Assembly: GCF_006345805.1 (NCBI RefSeq)
Contig: NC_043014.1
Coordinates: 22,630,001 to 22,694,000 of the forward strand
Length of the DNA: 64,000 nucleotides
DNA from: Octopus sinensis
Taxonomy: Eukaryota
Reading direction: 5' to 3'
This document shows positions 24,226 through 37,407 of this stretch, in pieces. A program made the position numbers and the translations under genes. Below the pieces are notes generated by a model. It was not told the DNA's origin. It made no database searches and saw only the letters and a program-made list of their open reading frames with translations. How positions within the stretch are numbered: position 1 is the first letter of the stretch; every line of letters begins with the position of its first letter.

Positions 24226-25508
24226 CAGGGATTGGGCAAAATAATGGCAACACCTAGCATCATAATTTTAAAATATCTATAAAACTGTCAAAAGCTTGTT
24301 TATTTTTATGTTTTTTTTATTTATTATCAGTGTAGCTTAATATGTTTTGATAAAATTGCAGTTTCTTTTCTGATATCATCAGAAAAAGTTAATTAAAATT
24401 CATTAAAATGACAGATCTATTAAACTTTCAAAGAGGTTGAATTGTTGGTGCTCATATGGCAGGTGCTAGCATAGCAAAAACAGCTGAAATGTTTGGTGTA
24501 TCAAGAAGTACTGTCTTGAAAGTAATGACAGCCTTTGAGAAAGAAGGAAAAAGCTCCTCGTTGAAACAAAACTCAGGAAGAAAACCAAAACTTTCAGATA
24601 GGGACTGTAGGGCTCTTGAGCAAATTTTTAGAAAGGATCACAAATGTACAGCTCCCAAAATTACTGCAGAGCTTAACGACCACTTCGAGAATCTGGTTTC
24701 CAGAAAAACTGTTTGCCAGGAGCTGCACAAATCTGGATTTCACAGAAGGGCTGCAATGAGAAAACCACTATTTTCAAGAACAAATGTTGCAAAATGTCTA
24801 ATGCTTTGCAATGTTTGTTTTTGAAAATGTTAAAACCTAAAGAATTGGTCCCTAGAGCAACGGAAGAATGTTATTTTCTCAGACAAGTCATCCTTTACCT
24901 TATTTCCGACCACCGGCTGAGTATATGTGTGGAAACAGCCAAAAGAAGCATTTGGTCCAGACTGCTTTCTTCCAACTGTTAAACATGGAGGAGGATCTGC
25001 AATGATCTGGGTGGGAGGGCTATTTCTTGGAAATCCACGGGCTCAATGGTTTCCCTTCATGGCAGAATTAATAGTCAAGACTACTTAAGCATTTTATCTG
25101 ATTAAATTCATCCTACTGTTGCAGAACTGTTTCCGAAGGGAAACACAATCTTTCAGGATGATAATGCACCAATTCACATAGCTAAAGTTGTTACTGAATG
25201 GCATGAGGAACATTTTAGTGAAGTTGAACATCTTATCTGGCTACCATAGTCCTCAATATTAGAACATTTATGGTGCATTTTAGAAAAACAAGTAAGGAGT
25301 CGATATCCTCCACTATCATCACTACAAGAACTGGTCACTGTTTTAGCTGAAGAATGGACAAAAATTTCTTTGGAAACAGTTCAAACTTTGTATGAGTCCA
25401 TACCTCATAGAATTCAAGCTGTAATTACTGCCAAAGGTGGTCCTACCCCATATTAAAATAAATTTGTTTGAAATTTCAAGGTGTTTCCATTATTTTGTCC
25501 AGCCCCTG
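24226..25508 (+). mobile_element. Full-length Tc1-family DNA transposon (defective)
   Basis: TA TSDs at 24224-24225 and 25509-25510; ~30-bp TIRs cagggattgggcaaaataatggcaacacct / aggtgtttccattattttgtccagcccctg. Confidence 0.95.
24408..25456 (+). pseudogene. Tc1 DD34E transposase pseudogene
   Basis: HTH MAGASIAKTAEMFGVSRSTV, GRKPKL, VIFSDKSSF, IFQDDNAPIH, ILEHLW, AKGGPTPY*; several stops and frameshifts. Confidence 0.92.
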
Positions 25509-25918
25509 TATTTCAACAATCTTCCTAGGATGGTCAATCTGAACTGGATTGTGGAGAAGGTCCTCTGCACATATTTCATGTAGAAATCAGCAGCTGTGCA
25601 CTAGCAAGCAGACTATACCTTGGCTTGTTACTCTAAAAACAGTCTGTAGTTTTTGATTGACTAAGATTACCTAAAATTTGCAAAGTTTAAAAATAATTAA
25701 GTTTTTATTTATTAATTTATGGCAAAAATTAATTTCATTTCCATAATTAGGATACAAAACTTTATCAATATGCCGAATTTGAAATCAGTTGGAACAAAAA
25801 GGAAATGAAAAGTATGAGTCAAACAGAAAAAGTCCCATTCTCATACATACATACATATATAAAGCAAAAAATACTAATCTGCACATATACATACATGCAC
25901 ACACACACACACACACAT

Positions 25919-26217
25919 AATCATCATCATCATCATTTAACGTCCATTGTCCATGCTGGCGTGGGTTGGACGGTTTCACTGGGCTGGCACACTCAAAGGC
26001 TGCACTAGGATCCAGTCTAATTTGGTATGGTTTTCTATGGATGGATGCCCTTCCTAACACCAACCACTCCAATAGTGTAATGGGTGCTTTTGTATGCCAC
26101 CGGCATGGGTGCCATTTGCATGACACTGGTATCTGCCATGACTGTGATTTTGCTCAGCTTGATGAGTCTTCTTCTCAAGCACAACATAATGCACAAGGTC
26201 TTGGTCATTGCCTCTGA
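25919..26217 (-). mobile_element. Diverged RTE 3' end with short 3'UTR
   Basis: (cat)n ttaacgtccattgtccatgctggcgtgggttggacgg...gatgcccttcctaacaccaaccactcc, a single repeat unit, then ORF-end remnant. Confidence 0.75.
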
Positions 26218-26430
26218 TTTGAGACACCAGCAAAAGAAGAAATAAAGATAGCCTTGTTTTCTATTTCAAAGAAAAACGATTTTATTCACATAAATATGCA
26301 ACCAGAGAGTTTAAAGTACCAGTGAAGCAAGCAAATAGCCTTTTGTTTCTAAAATTGAAGTATTTTGACTACATTCACCTTGAAATAAAGCTCAAACAAT
26401 CTTGATTGAATACAATAATAGTTTTTACAT

Positions 26431-26692
26431 TTAAATATTTGTTGTGCAAGATTTTTTATGTGAAGTCGTGTGTTGAAACAGATATTGTTATATTTCGGAA
26501 TGGTCATTTTGCCAGTTTAGCCAATAAAAACACACACATTATATATTTGGTATGACGAAAGAACTCTGGCCGAAATAAGATTAAGATTAATGTAAAAAAT
26601 AAATAACACTGAAGCAAAATAACACCAAATATATAGTGCGTGTGTTTTTATTGGCTAAACTGGCAAAATGACCATTCCGAAATATAACAATA
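26431..26692. mobile_element. ORF-less fold-back copy of the pLTR of the Penelope family at 61886-63875
   Basis: Left part matches 61890-62010 and right part matches 63733-63873; arms 26483-26550 and 26625-26692 are inverted; the spacer holds the 3' half of the HHR. Confidence 0.85.
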
Positions 26693-27334
26693 ATAGTTTC
26701 CTTTCACTAAAAAAACACACTTTTTTTGGTTTAAGGCTGTAAGGCAACAAAAATCATTTATTAGCAAGAAAATAGTATTTTCTTCCTTGAATAAAAAGCA
26801 ATCAGTGTTTTCTTTTCATTAAAAAATAATTAAGCCTGTCTTTGTTTCAATAAAATTTTTGGTTTTGTCAAATGAAGTTAAGGCAAAGAAAAAACTTCTT
26901 GAGAAACCAAGTAGTCTTTCCTTCCTTCACGCCATGTTTGAAAAAATATCTCTTTTGCATCTTACTTTTTTGGTCTCTTAAATATACTGCATTTTGAGGC
27001 ATTATTTCAAGCCAGCTGGCTTTTTTTGTGCAAACTGCATGTACATTTTCCTCGCATACGCGTAGTATTGATCACAACAGCTAATGTACTTGTGCATACA
27101 AATGCACGTTCCCACGGCTTTATCGATCGTATTCTCACCTGGAATCGATTTTTGTAATTCTTTCAAGACATATACACGCCTTGATACCGTCAGTATCTAC
27201 ATATCAAATTTGAGTGCAATCAGATGGAGGATGCCTGAGATCCTAGAAGACACAGACAGACAATGGATTTTATATGATAGATGTGTGTGAGTGTTTGTGT
27301 GTATGTATGTGTGTGTATATAAAATGCCTTAGAT

Positions 27335-28710
27335 AAAAATGACTACAGAAGTATCAAACTGCTGGTCCAGGTCATGAAAGTTACAGAGGGAGTTATAGCT
27401 CAATTAATTAGGAATAGAATTAAACTAGGTGAGATGCAGTTTGGTTTTGTTCCTGAGAAAAGTACCACAGATGCTGTCTTCCTAGTGAGACAGTTGCAAG
27501 AAAAGTGTTTGGCCAAAAGCAAACCATTGTACTTAGCTTTCGTTGACCTGGAGAAAGCTTTCAACAGAGTTCCCTTCTCTGTTATCTGGTGGTCTGTTAG
27601 AAAGCTAGGCATAGAGAAGTGGCTTGTTAGAGCCAAAGAAGCCGTGTTCAGTGGTGCTGTCAGTAAGGTGAGAGTTGACCACGAATTTAGCGTACAAGTT
27701 GGGGTTCATTAGGGATCAGTTCTTAGTCCTCTCTTATTCATCATAGTCCTCCAGGCCATAACAGGAATTCAAAACTGGATACCTATGAGAACTGCTATAT
27801 GCTAACGACCTCACTCTTATTGCAGAATTGGACAAGTTCCAGGCATGGAAGCAAAACCTGGAATCAAAGGGCCTTAAAGTTAACCTAGCAAAGGCCAAAG
27901 TTGTTTTTAGCAGGAAAGCAGATAATGGCCCTGCTCAATATGTAGAAAATGAGTGGGAAGTAATTCTATTCGCTGCATCCAGAATAAGCTATGGACACAA
28001 ATGCAGTGAAATTACAGATAGTTTAACAGATAAGATCACTTTTGTGTGTGGCAGATGTGCAGGAAGAATAAACACTAAGAGCACATGCAACTTAGATTCT
28101 CTCAAATACCCAGGAGGCTCTCTTGAGGAAGTTGATAGTTCCTGCTATTTAGGTGACCAAATTAGTAACAGTGGTGGATGCTCTGAAAGTATTGTTTCTA
28201 GAATAAGAATAAGATGGAGGAAGTTCAGAGAGCTGCTACCTTTGTTGGCAACAAGAGAATTCTCTCTCAGAAGGAAAGGTAGATTGTATGGTGCTTGTGT
28301 GGGAATGGTTATACTCCATGGTAGTGAGACATGGGCTCTGAATACAGAGAACATGCATACTGGAGAGGAATGAAGCTAATATGCTCCACTGGATGTGCAA
28401 CATCAGTGTGCATCAATGACAAAGTGCAAATGTATTGAGAGAAAAGCTGGGCACGAGAAATTAAATGTGGCATGCAGGAGAGGAGACTGTGCTGGTTTGG
28501 ACATGTGAGGCATATGAGTAACGTCAGCTGTGTACAGAAGTGCCTATCACTGAAAGTGAGCAGTACCTGTGGAAGAGGGAGATCTAGGAAGACATGGGAT
28601 GAAGTGGTGAGGATCAATCTCAGGCTGTTAGGGCTCACAGAGGAAATGATGATAGACTGAGATATATGGTGATATGAGGTTCTAGAGAAGTTCCACCCAC
28701 ATCAGAGAAA
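27335..28710 (+). mobile_element. Old RTE LINE relic (RT to C-terminus)
   Basis: MKVTEGVIAQLIRN...FVDLEKAFNRVP, GRLYGACV..LHGSETWA, RGRSRKTWDEVV; many stops. Confidence 0.88.
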
Positions 28711-29084
28711 CTGAGTGTTAGAAACGCTGTCTCCCCCCCCACACACACACATTTCACACACCCTACCCCAAGAAAGCAAGCTATATCTCCTTTTCTAACT
28801 ACATCTTTTTCATCCTCACATTTCCTCTTCATACACTATAATTACCTCCCACTCTCCATCCCTGCCTTGCTCACTGTATCGCTGCCTTCCCTTACCCCAT
28901 CTTTATACCCAGATTTTCACCAGTCACTGCAATCCCCACTCCCTTTATCTTTCTCTTCCCATCTATTCTCTGATCCTTGTAACTTGTGAGTATACCCTGA
29001 CACTTCACCACCATCTCTCTCCTCTTGCTTGCACTTTTGCTGTTTTCAACTCTATCTCTTTTTTTTTTCCTTGCTCTTCCCTTG

Positions 29085-30118
29085 TGTCCAAATGCTTGAA
29101 GAAGTGGTAGTCGGTGGGTGAAAGATCAGGAGAATATGGAGGATGTGGTAAAGTCTTGCATCCCAAGTCTGTGAGCTTCTGCAGTGTTATCCTGGAAATG
29201 TGCAGTTGAGTGTTGTTGTGGAGCAGAATTGGACCATACCAATTAACAAGTGAATATGCATTTCTTCCAGCTGCTTACAGTAAACTTCCAATGTAATGCT
29301 CTGGTTAGATTCCAGAGGGCTGTAATGGATGACATCAATAGCAGACCACCAGACAGTCACCATAATCTTCTGCTGATGCAACTTTGGTTTCAGGGAATAT
29401 TTGGCTGCTTCATCACAATCAAGCCATTGACCCAAGCATCTATAATTGCCATAAAGGATCCACTTTTCATCACAAGTCATTATTTGATCAAGAAATGGGT
29501 CCTTAGAGTTTTGCAGAGAGAGCATCGAACACACTTCAAAACACCAAAGTCTTTGATTTTCACTGAGGTCATGCAGGACACACTTATCAAGTTCTTTCAC
29601 TTTGCCAATTTTCTTCAAATGATCTGATACTGTTGAAACACTGACACCAAGCATATGAGACATTTCTCTGACAATTTGTTGTGGGTTTTGTTCAAATATT
29701 GTTTTTAAATATTGATCATCTAGGATGGATGGATGTCTGCAATATTCTTGATCTTCAAGGCTCTCATTCCCACCACAGAATCTCTCAAGCCACCATCATA
29801 CCGTCCAACCACTAGTGGAACCTTCACCTCATGCTCTGTTGATATTGGTGGCTGTTTGAGAAACATTATGCCCAAGCTTGAATTCATGCAAAAAAAGTAA
29901 ATGCATTTCTTCTTCCTTCATGTTTGAAATTAAGGATTTCTTTGCTTCAAAATTATATTCTGAAAGAAATCAATACAAATTCATTAAAGAGTACACATAA
30001 ATTATTAAGCATGTAAAATTTCATCTAAAATACTTCAAAAATAGCATCTTAAAACGAATTTGAAAAAAAGTTTTTTTTAAAAATCAGAATTGGACAGTAT
30101 TTTCCAAACAACCTGATA
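29085..30118 (-). mobile_element. mariner (DD34D) transposon relic
   Basis: IMTCDEKWILY, KLHQQKIMVTVWW and HPPYSPDLSPTDYHFF motifs; 5' TIR-like tatcaggttgtttggaaaatactgtcc at 30092-30118; 3' end lost. Confidence 0.88.
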
Positions 30119-30409
30119 TATATATATATCAGTTCCTTGTGTGGATGAGCAGCACACCACAACTACTAAAATGGATTGTTATGCAAATAAGTGAAACGGT
30201 GAACAAAAAACGAGCTGCCTTTTGACAAGTCATCTGAGGAGATATATCAGCATCTATGATGTATCGCAATTATCTGTACATCATCTCACCTGCAAGGTAC
30301 CATTGCACGAGAGGTCAAAACGATTGTAGTGAATAAAGAATCCTGTGAATTTCATTTCCCTTCTCTCGTGTTTAAATATGTGCATGTTTGCATATGTGTA
30401 TTTGCATGA

Positions 30410-30601
30410 ACTCTTGTCTTAACATCATGTGATGGTTGTAGACAAGCATCACTATTATACAAGCCCAAATCTTCTGTGAAAAATATGTCTGGGGCATATT
30501 ACCTTGCTTGGAAGCCTGAAAGGCATCTGGCCATCTGCCTCAACAAATTCCATCTGAGCCATGCAAGCATGGAAAAGTGGATGTTAAAAGATGATGATGA
30601 T
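30410..30601 (+). mobile_element. SINE-like 3' portion ending in an RTE-type tail
   Basis: Ends ccatgcaagcatggaaaagtggatgttaaaa(gat)n like the RTE tails, but the upstream body differs from the RTE 3'UTR. Confidence 0.6.
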
Positions 30602-31616
30602 ATTTCTTAAATATATCTATGTGTTTGTATGTATGCATGTGTTTGTGTCTGTGTGCATTTATGTGGTGTGTATGTGTGTGTGTTTGTATGAGTAATTGTG
30701 TATTTCACTTGATAATTAAGAAAGGCATAAAAGTTAAGAAACCAGAATGTCTATGCACAAATACATACATGAACACATGAATATATACTGGTAACTAAAT
30801 AAATATACCTAGGCACATGTCATACAGATGTAAAGGTATGCACCTGTCTATCCATCTACAGTCATGCACCTGTTTATACATATTTATATTAACAACATAG
30901 TTATGTGTATGTATATACACATAAATATATACATATACATGAATACATAAATGTATGTGTAAAGTTGAAAACTGAAAGCACTTACACTTAAAATACACAC
31001 TAGACCTAAAATACACACTGTAATACAAATTTCTTCCACAAAGATGAGTAACATTCTGTTAAAAAAAAGAATTAAAAAAAAAATACTTAATATCATTTAA
31101 AAAATCTTTTTCTAATTATACATGGTGCCTTTGAAAAGTATTCAACTTTTTTTCCCACCAAAACTAATGTCATGCAACGCCTTCTTGTGCATGCATGATG
31201 ATTTTTGTGCTAGAAGACCATGTCAGTGCTCAGCTGTTACTTCTAGAGTACAGACATGTACGTTTAAGTTTATTTATGTGTGAATCTTATATTTTCATTA
31301 TTTTAAGAGTTGTTCTCTTTTGATTATCTGTTATCGATACAGATAAGGTTTAGAATTGTTCAGGGAATTTATAGTTTATGATGGTTTTGTTGGTTTATGT
31401 TGGTTTTGCTTCATGTGTGTGTGTATTGCTAGATTATCCTCACATGCACATACATGTATATGTATGTATATATGCATGAAAGAAGCCAAGATGACCAGCT
31501 AGCTGACTATCTGAACTTCTTTCAGTTTCCCTGGACAATTGTCTTCCCTAAGACAATACTGGACCTATATGGTTGAAAAGAAAATTCCTTACTCACACAG
31601 CCATACTTGTACCTAT

Positions 31617-31780
31617 AGGTGCATGCATGATTGTGTGTTTGAGAAGTTTGCATCCCAGCCATGTGGTTTGGGTTCAGTCCTACTGTGGAACACCTTTGGA
31701 AAATGTCTTCTATAACTCCAGGCTAACAAAAGCTTGGTGAGTGAATTTGGTTGATGAAAACTGAAAGAACTCCATTGTGC
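31617..31780 (+). mobile_element. tRNA-derived SINE 5' portion
   Basis: A-box-like gattgtgtgtttgagaag, B-box-like gggttcagtcc, then cacctttggaaaatgtcttctata; homologous to 50740-50905. Confidence 0.65.
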
Positions 31781-31789
31781 ATGTGTATT

Positions 31790-32075
31790 GGGAAATACAA
31801 GCACAGGAATGCCCTGTCTTGCATAGCTGCACCTATAGAGATGCCACCTCCTACGAACAGAACAGAATTGCAGGAACACAAAGAAAATGTAAGCTGCACA
31901 AGCCCAGAAGTAACGCTTTGCCTTCATTCCCAGCAGACAACCAAGGCCTAACCTGTGGCAGAACCTTCCGAGTATGCCTCAGCCTGATTGGCCACAGCCA
32001 CATGCATCATGATCCATCTTCTCCCACGTGATGTCTTTGGACATCGTCAAAATGATGGACGAAGATTATTATATT
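31790..32075 (+). mobile_element. Degenerate RTE 3' end with zinc-finger remnant
   Basis: LTCGRTFRVCLSLIGHSHMH followed by a catcgtcaaaatgatggacgaag tail. Confidence 0.55.
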
Positions 32076-32169
32076 ATTTGGGTTTGTGTGTGTATCATTG
32101 TATCAACCAGACTCTAGGATGTTGTTATACACTACTGGTTACAATGCCCTTCCTCGCAATGTTTTAGCT

Positions 32170-32385
32170 TTCAAATTTTGTCAGACCATTGGCTGGGTGG
32201 GCAAACTAACATTTCCTTCTACACAGGACTCCAGTCTGTTGCATTCTGTTATCCATTTACAATTGAGTGGACTGGAACAATGGAGAATGAAGTGTTTCAC
32301 TCATGAACACAATGCACCACCGGTCTAGAAATGGAAATAATGATCTTGTGATCATGAGTGCAACACCCTAACTACTACACATGCC

Positions 32386-32390
<5 letters not shown>
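32170..32390 (-). mobile_element. Degenerate tRNA-derived SINE
   Basis: Minus strand has a tRNA-like head (gtagtagttagggtgttgcactcatgatcacaag) followed by a gagtgaaacact...tccagtccactca core. Confidence 0.5.
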
Positions 32391-32420
<30 letters not shown>

Positions 32421-32572
32421 AGAGTGTAGCAGGAGCTTTTTATGTGCCACAGGCATGGGAGCCAGTCAGGGCAGCACTGGCATCAACCAGGCTCGAATGA
32501 TACTTTTTATATTTCACCAGCATGGATGCCAGTTGTATATGTGTGTGTGTGTATACTATGCGAAAAAAGGAA

Positions 32573-32771
32573 GGTGGCAAGCTGGCAAAATTTTAGCATA
32601 CCAAGTAAAATGCTTTGTAGCATTCTATCTGTATTTGTGTTCTAGTTTCAAACTCCGTTATAGTCAACTTAGCCTTTCATCCTTTTGCGGTTGATAAAAT
32701 AAGTACCAGTAAATGCTATGATCAATGTAATTGACCCCAAAATTGCTGGCCTTTTGCCAAAATTTGAAACC
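32573..32771 (+). mobile_element. SINE with conserved central core (second family)
   Basis: ggtggcaagctggcaaaa...gtcaacttagcctttcatccttttgcggttgataaaataagtaccag; homologous to 45045-45266 (minus). Confidence 0.65.
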
Positions 32772-33377
32772 AGTATGTGCAAAATGGTTAGACAGATTGA
32801 TAGATAGAAAGTTTGTTAGATAGACAGATAGATATGTATATAGATGTACACTATATACATATCATCATTTCGTGTGCACAGTCATGTACATCCTGTAATC
32901 GTGATTGAAACCTGCTTGTATGCATCCACCCAAATATATATCTTCTCTCTCCTGTTCCTGAGATATCTTATATACAGGGTGTTGAATTTCGGGCGGACAT
33001 AATCATATGTCCCTGTGTGTGTGAGTGTGTGTGGTGGGTAGTGAATAGGGTGGTGGATTCTAGTGTAATTCTGAACCACTTACATATTCCACTCTCACTA
33101 GTGCAGCCGTATTTGGTTACCAGATGCTAACTGCCATCTGAGTAGGTGGACAGTGGGTAGTTAGGTAGATGGAAGACAGTACATAATGGGGTGGTACAGT
33201 TAGGTATGTAGGTAAGATATGTAGGTAATTAATGTTGTTATTCAGCCCTAGGTCACCTATAGATGCAGTTTTATTATGCACACACATACACATACACACA
33301 CACATATGAAGTACACGAGTATATTATATATGTGTATATATATATATATATATATACATAAATATATAAATGTGTGT

Positions 33378-33439
<62 letters not shown>

Positions 33440-35689
33440 GGTACAGTGAATATATTGACATCTAAATTACACAAAAATGAAAATAACTCTGACATCTCAT
33501 TTTAACAAAATATTTTTAAAAAGGAATTTGAACATGTGTTTACATGAAACTTTTTCATCCCTGGTATTAACAAGGGTACCATTCATTCTCATTATATCAT
33601 AACTTTCTCTCAGACATAACCTACAAATTTTGTTATTATACTTATAAGATGGAGCTGAAAAGAGGATTTTCCAAGATGTTAAGTAATCTATACTGTTTCT
33701 TTTGAGTTGCCAATTCTACTGCCTTATGCATACCACCTATCACCTTATGCGTGCCTTATGCCTGTTCCTGGCCAGTTCCAAGCAGTTGATTTTTTTGCGG
33801 GCGCCTGCCAGTGCGCTGTGGACTGGTTCAACTTCTCCAGGCATCCCTGTCGTCTCAACATCTCTCCAGCCAAACCCTCAGCTATCGTTCCCTCCGACAG
33901 CGCACTAACATCATTATAAAACTGGCCGACAAGGGTGAAGCAGTGGTGGTATGGCGCGCAGACCTCTATAACACCGAAGCTCTCTGCCAACTTCATGACA
34001 CCTCTTTCTATTACCCTCTGCCCTCTGACCCCACACCCAGCTACCAACAGACGGTCTCCTCTACCATCCATGACCTCATCTTGTCCTCTCATCTCCCCCA
34101 CACCGCCTCCAACCTCATTGTCCGAATCCCCCGCACCCCCACCATTTACTTCCTCCCCAAAATCCACAAACCCAACAACCCTGGCCGCCCCATCGTCTCC
34201 GTCTGTAACTGCCCCACCGAGCTTATCTCCAAATATCTCGATCGTGTACTTGCTCCCCTAGTGGCTTCTCTCCCTTCTCACATCCATGACACCAACCATG
34301 CTCTTCATCTAGTCAACTCTTTCTCCTTCCCTCCTGGCCCCTCTAAACTTCTCTTTACTCTGGACATCCAAAGCCTCTACACTGTGATCCCTCACGACGA
34401 GGGGCTGCGTGCACTGAAACACTTCCTGGACTTCCGACCCAATCCCCAACCCGACACCTCGTTCGTCTGGCCGAACTTGTCCTCTCACTCAACTGCTTCT
34501 TGTTTGCAGGCGATTTCTACCAGCAGCAGTCGGAAGTGGCCATGGGAACGAGAATGGGCCCCAACTATGCAAACCTGTTCGTTGGCTATGTTGAGACCCA
34601 AATATTCTCTAGTTTCACTGGTCCCACTCCCGAACTATATGGCCGTTATATTGACGACTGTATTGGTGCCACCTCACTCTCCCGTGAACATCTAGACTCC
34701 TTCCTCTCTTTCATCAAATCTTTCCTTCCTGTCCTCCACTTCTCCCTGCACTATCTCTGACACCTCTGTCTCCTTTCTTGACATTTCGGTCATCATCCAT
34801 CACTCCACTCTTACCACCTCCATCCACTATGAACACACAGACTCACACACATACCTCTACTTCTCCTCCTCCTCCCACCCCAAAAACACCAAGCTTTCCA
34901 TCCCCTATTCCCAATTCCTCCGTCTACGCAGGCTCTGTAGTGACAACCATGACTTTGAGACTCAGTCTCAACTCATGGCTCGCCACTTCATCCTACGTGG
35001 ATATCCCCTCACCACTATCCACACCGCCCTTGCCAGAGCATGTTCCATGAACCGTGCATCTGCTCTCTCCCCCCAAATCCGCCTTGCAGTTTTCCGCCTC
35101 CCTTTTCCTTTTACCTACCACCCCATCACCCTACCTCTCCAACGCACCATTCTCTGAGCTTTCCGGCATCTCCAGTCCGACCCGTCCACTTCACACATCT
35201 TCCCTAACCGACCCCTTCCCTCCTTCAAAGGAACCCACAACCTACAACATATCGTGGTCCACAGCTTCTTCCCCAACCCTACCTCCCAACCTGGCTCGTT
35301 CCCCTGCTCCCACCCATGCTGCCACAGTTGCCCTTACCTCTCCAATACCACCCTTCTCACCAGCAACCATCATCGACCCTATCGTATCACCGACTCCTTC
35401 ACCTACACCTCCACCGATATCATTTATTGCATCTCCAGCTCTCTCTGCCATTCTCTGTACATCGGACAAACGGGATGCCGCTTGGCTGACCGGTTCGCAG
35501 AACACCTCCAAGACATCCGCCTCGGCAATGACACACCGGTCTCATGCCATTTCCGCTCTTCCAGTCACTCTTTGCAACACCTGTCCGTCTTCAGATTGTC
35601 CTTGCACAGTGGCCATCCTGACTCCTGTTTGCGCCGGGAACAGGGATCAATCTTCTCTCCGCACTTTTACGCCATTTGGGCTCAACTCT

Positions 35690-36200
35690 TCTCCCCTCTT
35701 CATCTAACCTCCTCCCCTTGCCTCTCTCCTCTCCCTCCTACTTCCTCCCACCCAACTCTCCTCTCTTGTTCCGACTCCTACTTCTCTTCACTCCTACTTC
35801 TCTTCACTCCTACTCTCTTTCCCTCTTCTCTCTTCTCTCTTACTCTCTTTCTCTCCTCTCTCTTGCTCTCTTACTCTCCTCTCTCTTACTCTCTTTTTCT
35901 CCTCTCTCTTTCTCTCTTCTCTCTTACTCTCTCTCTTCCCTCTTTCTCTCTTCTCTCTTCCTCTCTTTCTCTCTTCTCTCTTACTCTCTTTCTCTTTTCT
36001 CTCTTACTCTCTCTCCTCACATACCCACCTTCCCCTTCCTCCTTCATTGTCAACTCTCCCCCATAAGCCCACCCCACCCCTACACATTCCTACTCCACCT
36101 TTCCTATCCTTCCCATTCCCCCATCCTATCCCCTACACCCTCTCCCACATACCTCACCCCGACCCCCACCCTCTGCCTACCCACAACCCTCACTTCCACC
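35690..36200 (+). repeat. Polypyrimidine (CT-rich) tract in the PLE 3'UTR
   Basis: ~500 bp almost devoid of G, built from ctctcttactctcttt-like units. Confidence 0.9.
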
Positions 36201-36614
36201 CCTACCCTCTGCCTACTCACATACCCCAACTCTACCCCAACCCTCAGCGGAACCCACACCCCACCTGTGCTTTCCCCACTCTTGCCTCCCACACCTCCCA
36301 ACAGCATCACACCACACCACACTACACCATACAACATTACACATCACATCACAACACACCACCTACACACCAGCACTGACCAATTCCCATCCCCACATTG
36401 TCACACCTACACATACATACACGCACACATCCAGACCACCAGCGCTCTTTCACACACATACATACTCTCTTATACGCAGACGCACCTTCGTGTTGGGGGT
36501 CATTTTTACTTTGTTATCTCCCCTATTCTTCACTTTCTTGTGTGACCCTTCTGTCCGGCATCCAGTCGCCATGATAGATCGTTAGCAACTACACACATTT
36601 TTTTCTAACCTTGT

Positions 36615-36655
36615 TTTTTTCTGTAGAAGAGCGTAGGCTCAAAACGTAAAGGACT
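36615..36655 (+). ncRNA. Degenerate hammerhead-like motif in the PLE terminal repeat
   Basis: CUGUAGA-A-GAGC guag GCUC-AAAAC-GUA; helix II is perfect but core A6 and G12 are altered. Confidence 0.4.
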
Positions 36656-36737
36656 TTTCTATTCCTAAGCGTTATACTAATACATCTGTTTGTTTGTGTA
36701 CACCACCTTCTTCGTCTTTTGTTTTTTCGTAAAATCT

Positions 36738-36791
<54 letters not shown>

Positions 36792-37013
36792 TATATACAT
36801 ATATAATATATATACATTCTATATATATATATATATATCATATATATACATATATATTACATATATATATATACATATATATATATATATGCATAATATA
36901 TACAATATATATATATATTATATAATATTATAACATATATATATATGCATATATATACATAATATATAATATATATATATACTATATATATATAGATATA
37001 CATACATATATAT

Positions 37014-37045
<32 letters not shown>

Positions 37046-37309
37046 TAATATAGATATATATATAAATATGTATATATATATAATATTATATATATTATAT
37101 ATATATTATATATATAGTAATACTAAGCCATAAAGAGTTTAGCAACGAATTGCCTTACCACATAACCGAATTTAGAAATAGCAGTCAAAGAGTTATAGCT
37201 ATTTCTTCTACTAAAAAGGGAGATCTCAGTAAAAACAGCAATTGAAGGCAGACACACACAGGTAAGAGAGAATGAATTGACGGCAATCTATCATACAATT
37301 TTAAGTTAT

Positions 37310-37407
37310 CTACGGACGTACGTTCGAAATCAAGTTTTTAGGAAAGCATAAGAATTAAATATTAAATAATTCTATCTTACCAAAAACTTCTTTTCTCTTC
37401 AGCGTAG
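37310..37407 (-). ncRNA. Type I hammerhead ribozyme, copy 1 (GAAA read as GAA)
   Basis: CUACG-CUGAAGA-G[~70-nt helix II]C-GAAC GUAC GUC^CGUAG; one A missing relative to copy 2. Confidence 0.75.

Larger units (their letters stand above)
33690..36740 (+). mobile_element. Penelope-like element (Neptune-like): frameshifted RT + GIY-YIG, long pyrimidine-rich 3'UTR and pLTR
   Basis: IIIKLADKGEAVVVW, YFLPKIHKPNNPGRPIVS, LFTLDIQSLYTVIP, VAMGTRMGPNYANLF, RYIDDC, then CSHPCCHSC...IIYCI..CHSLYIGQTG.RLADRFAEH. Confidence 0.93.

Noticed and set aside
24345-24390. CUGAUGA...GAAAC on the minus strand in the Tc1 5' region
   Set aside because: Helices I and III do not pair; the motif arises from a local palindrome (ttttctgat..atcagaaaa).
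31617-31700. tRNA gene
   Set aside because: Only degenerate A/B-box-like motifs with no cloverleaf, continuing into a SINE body; same for 32300-32390 and 50740-50800.
35676-36545. 289-aa Leu/Ser/Pro-rich ORF and overlapping ORFs
   Set aside because: Product of the CT/CA low-complexity tract of the PLE 3'UTR.
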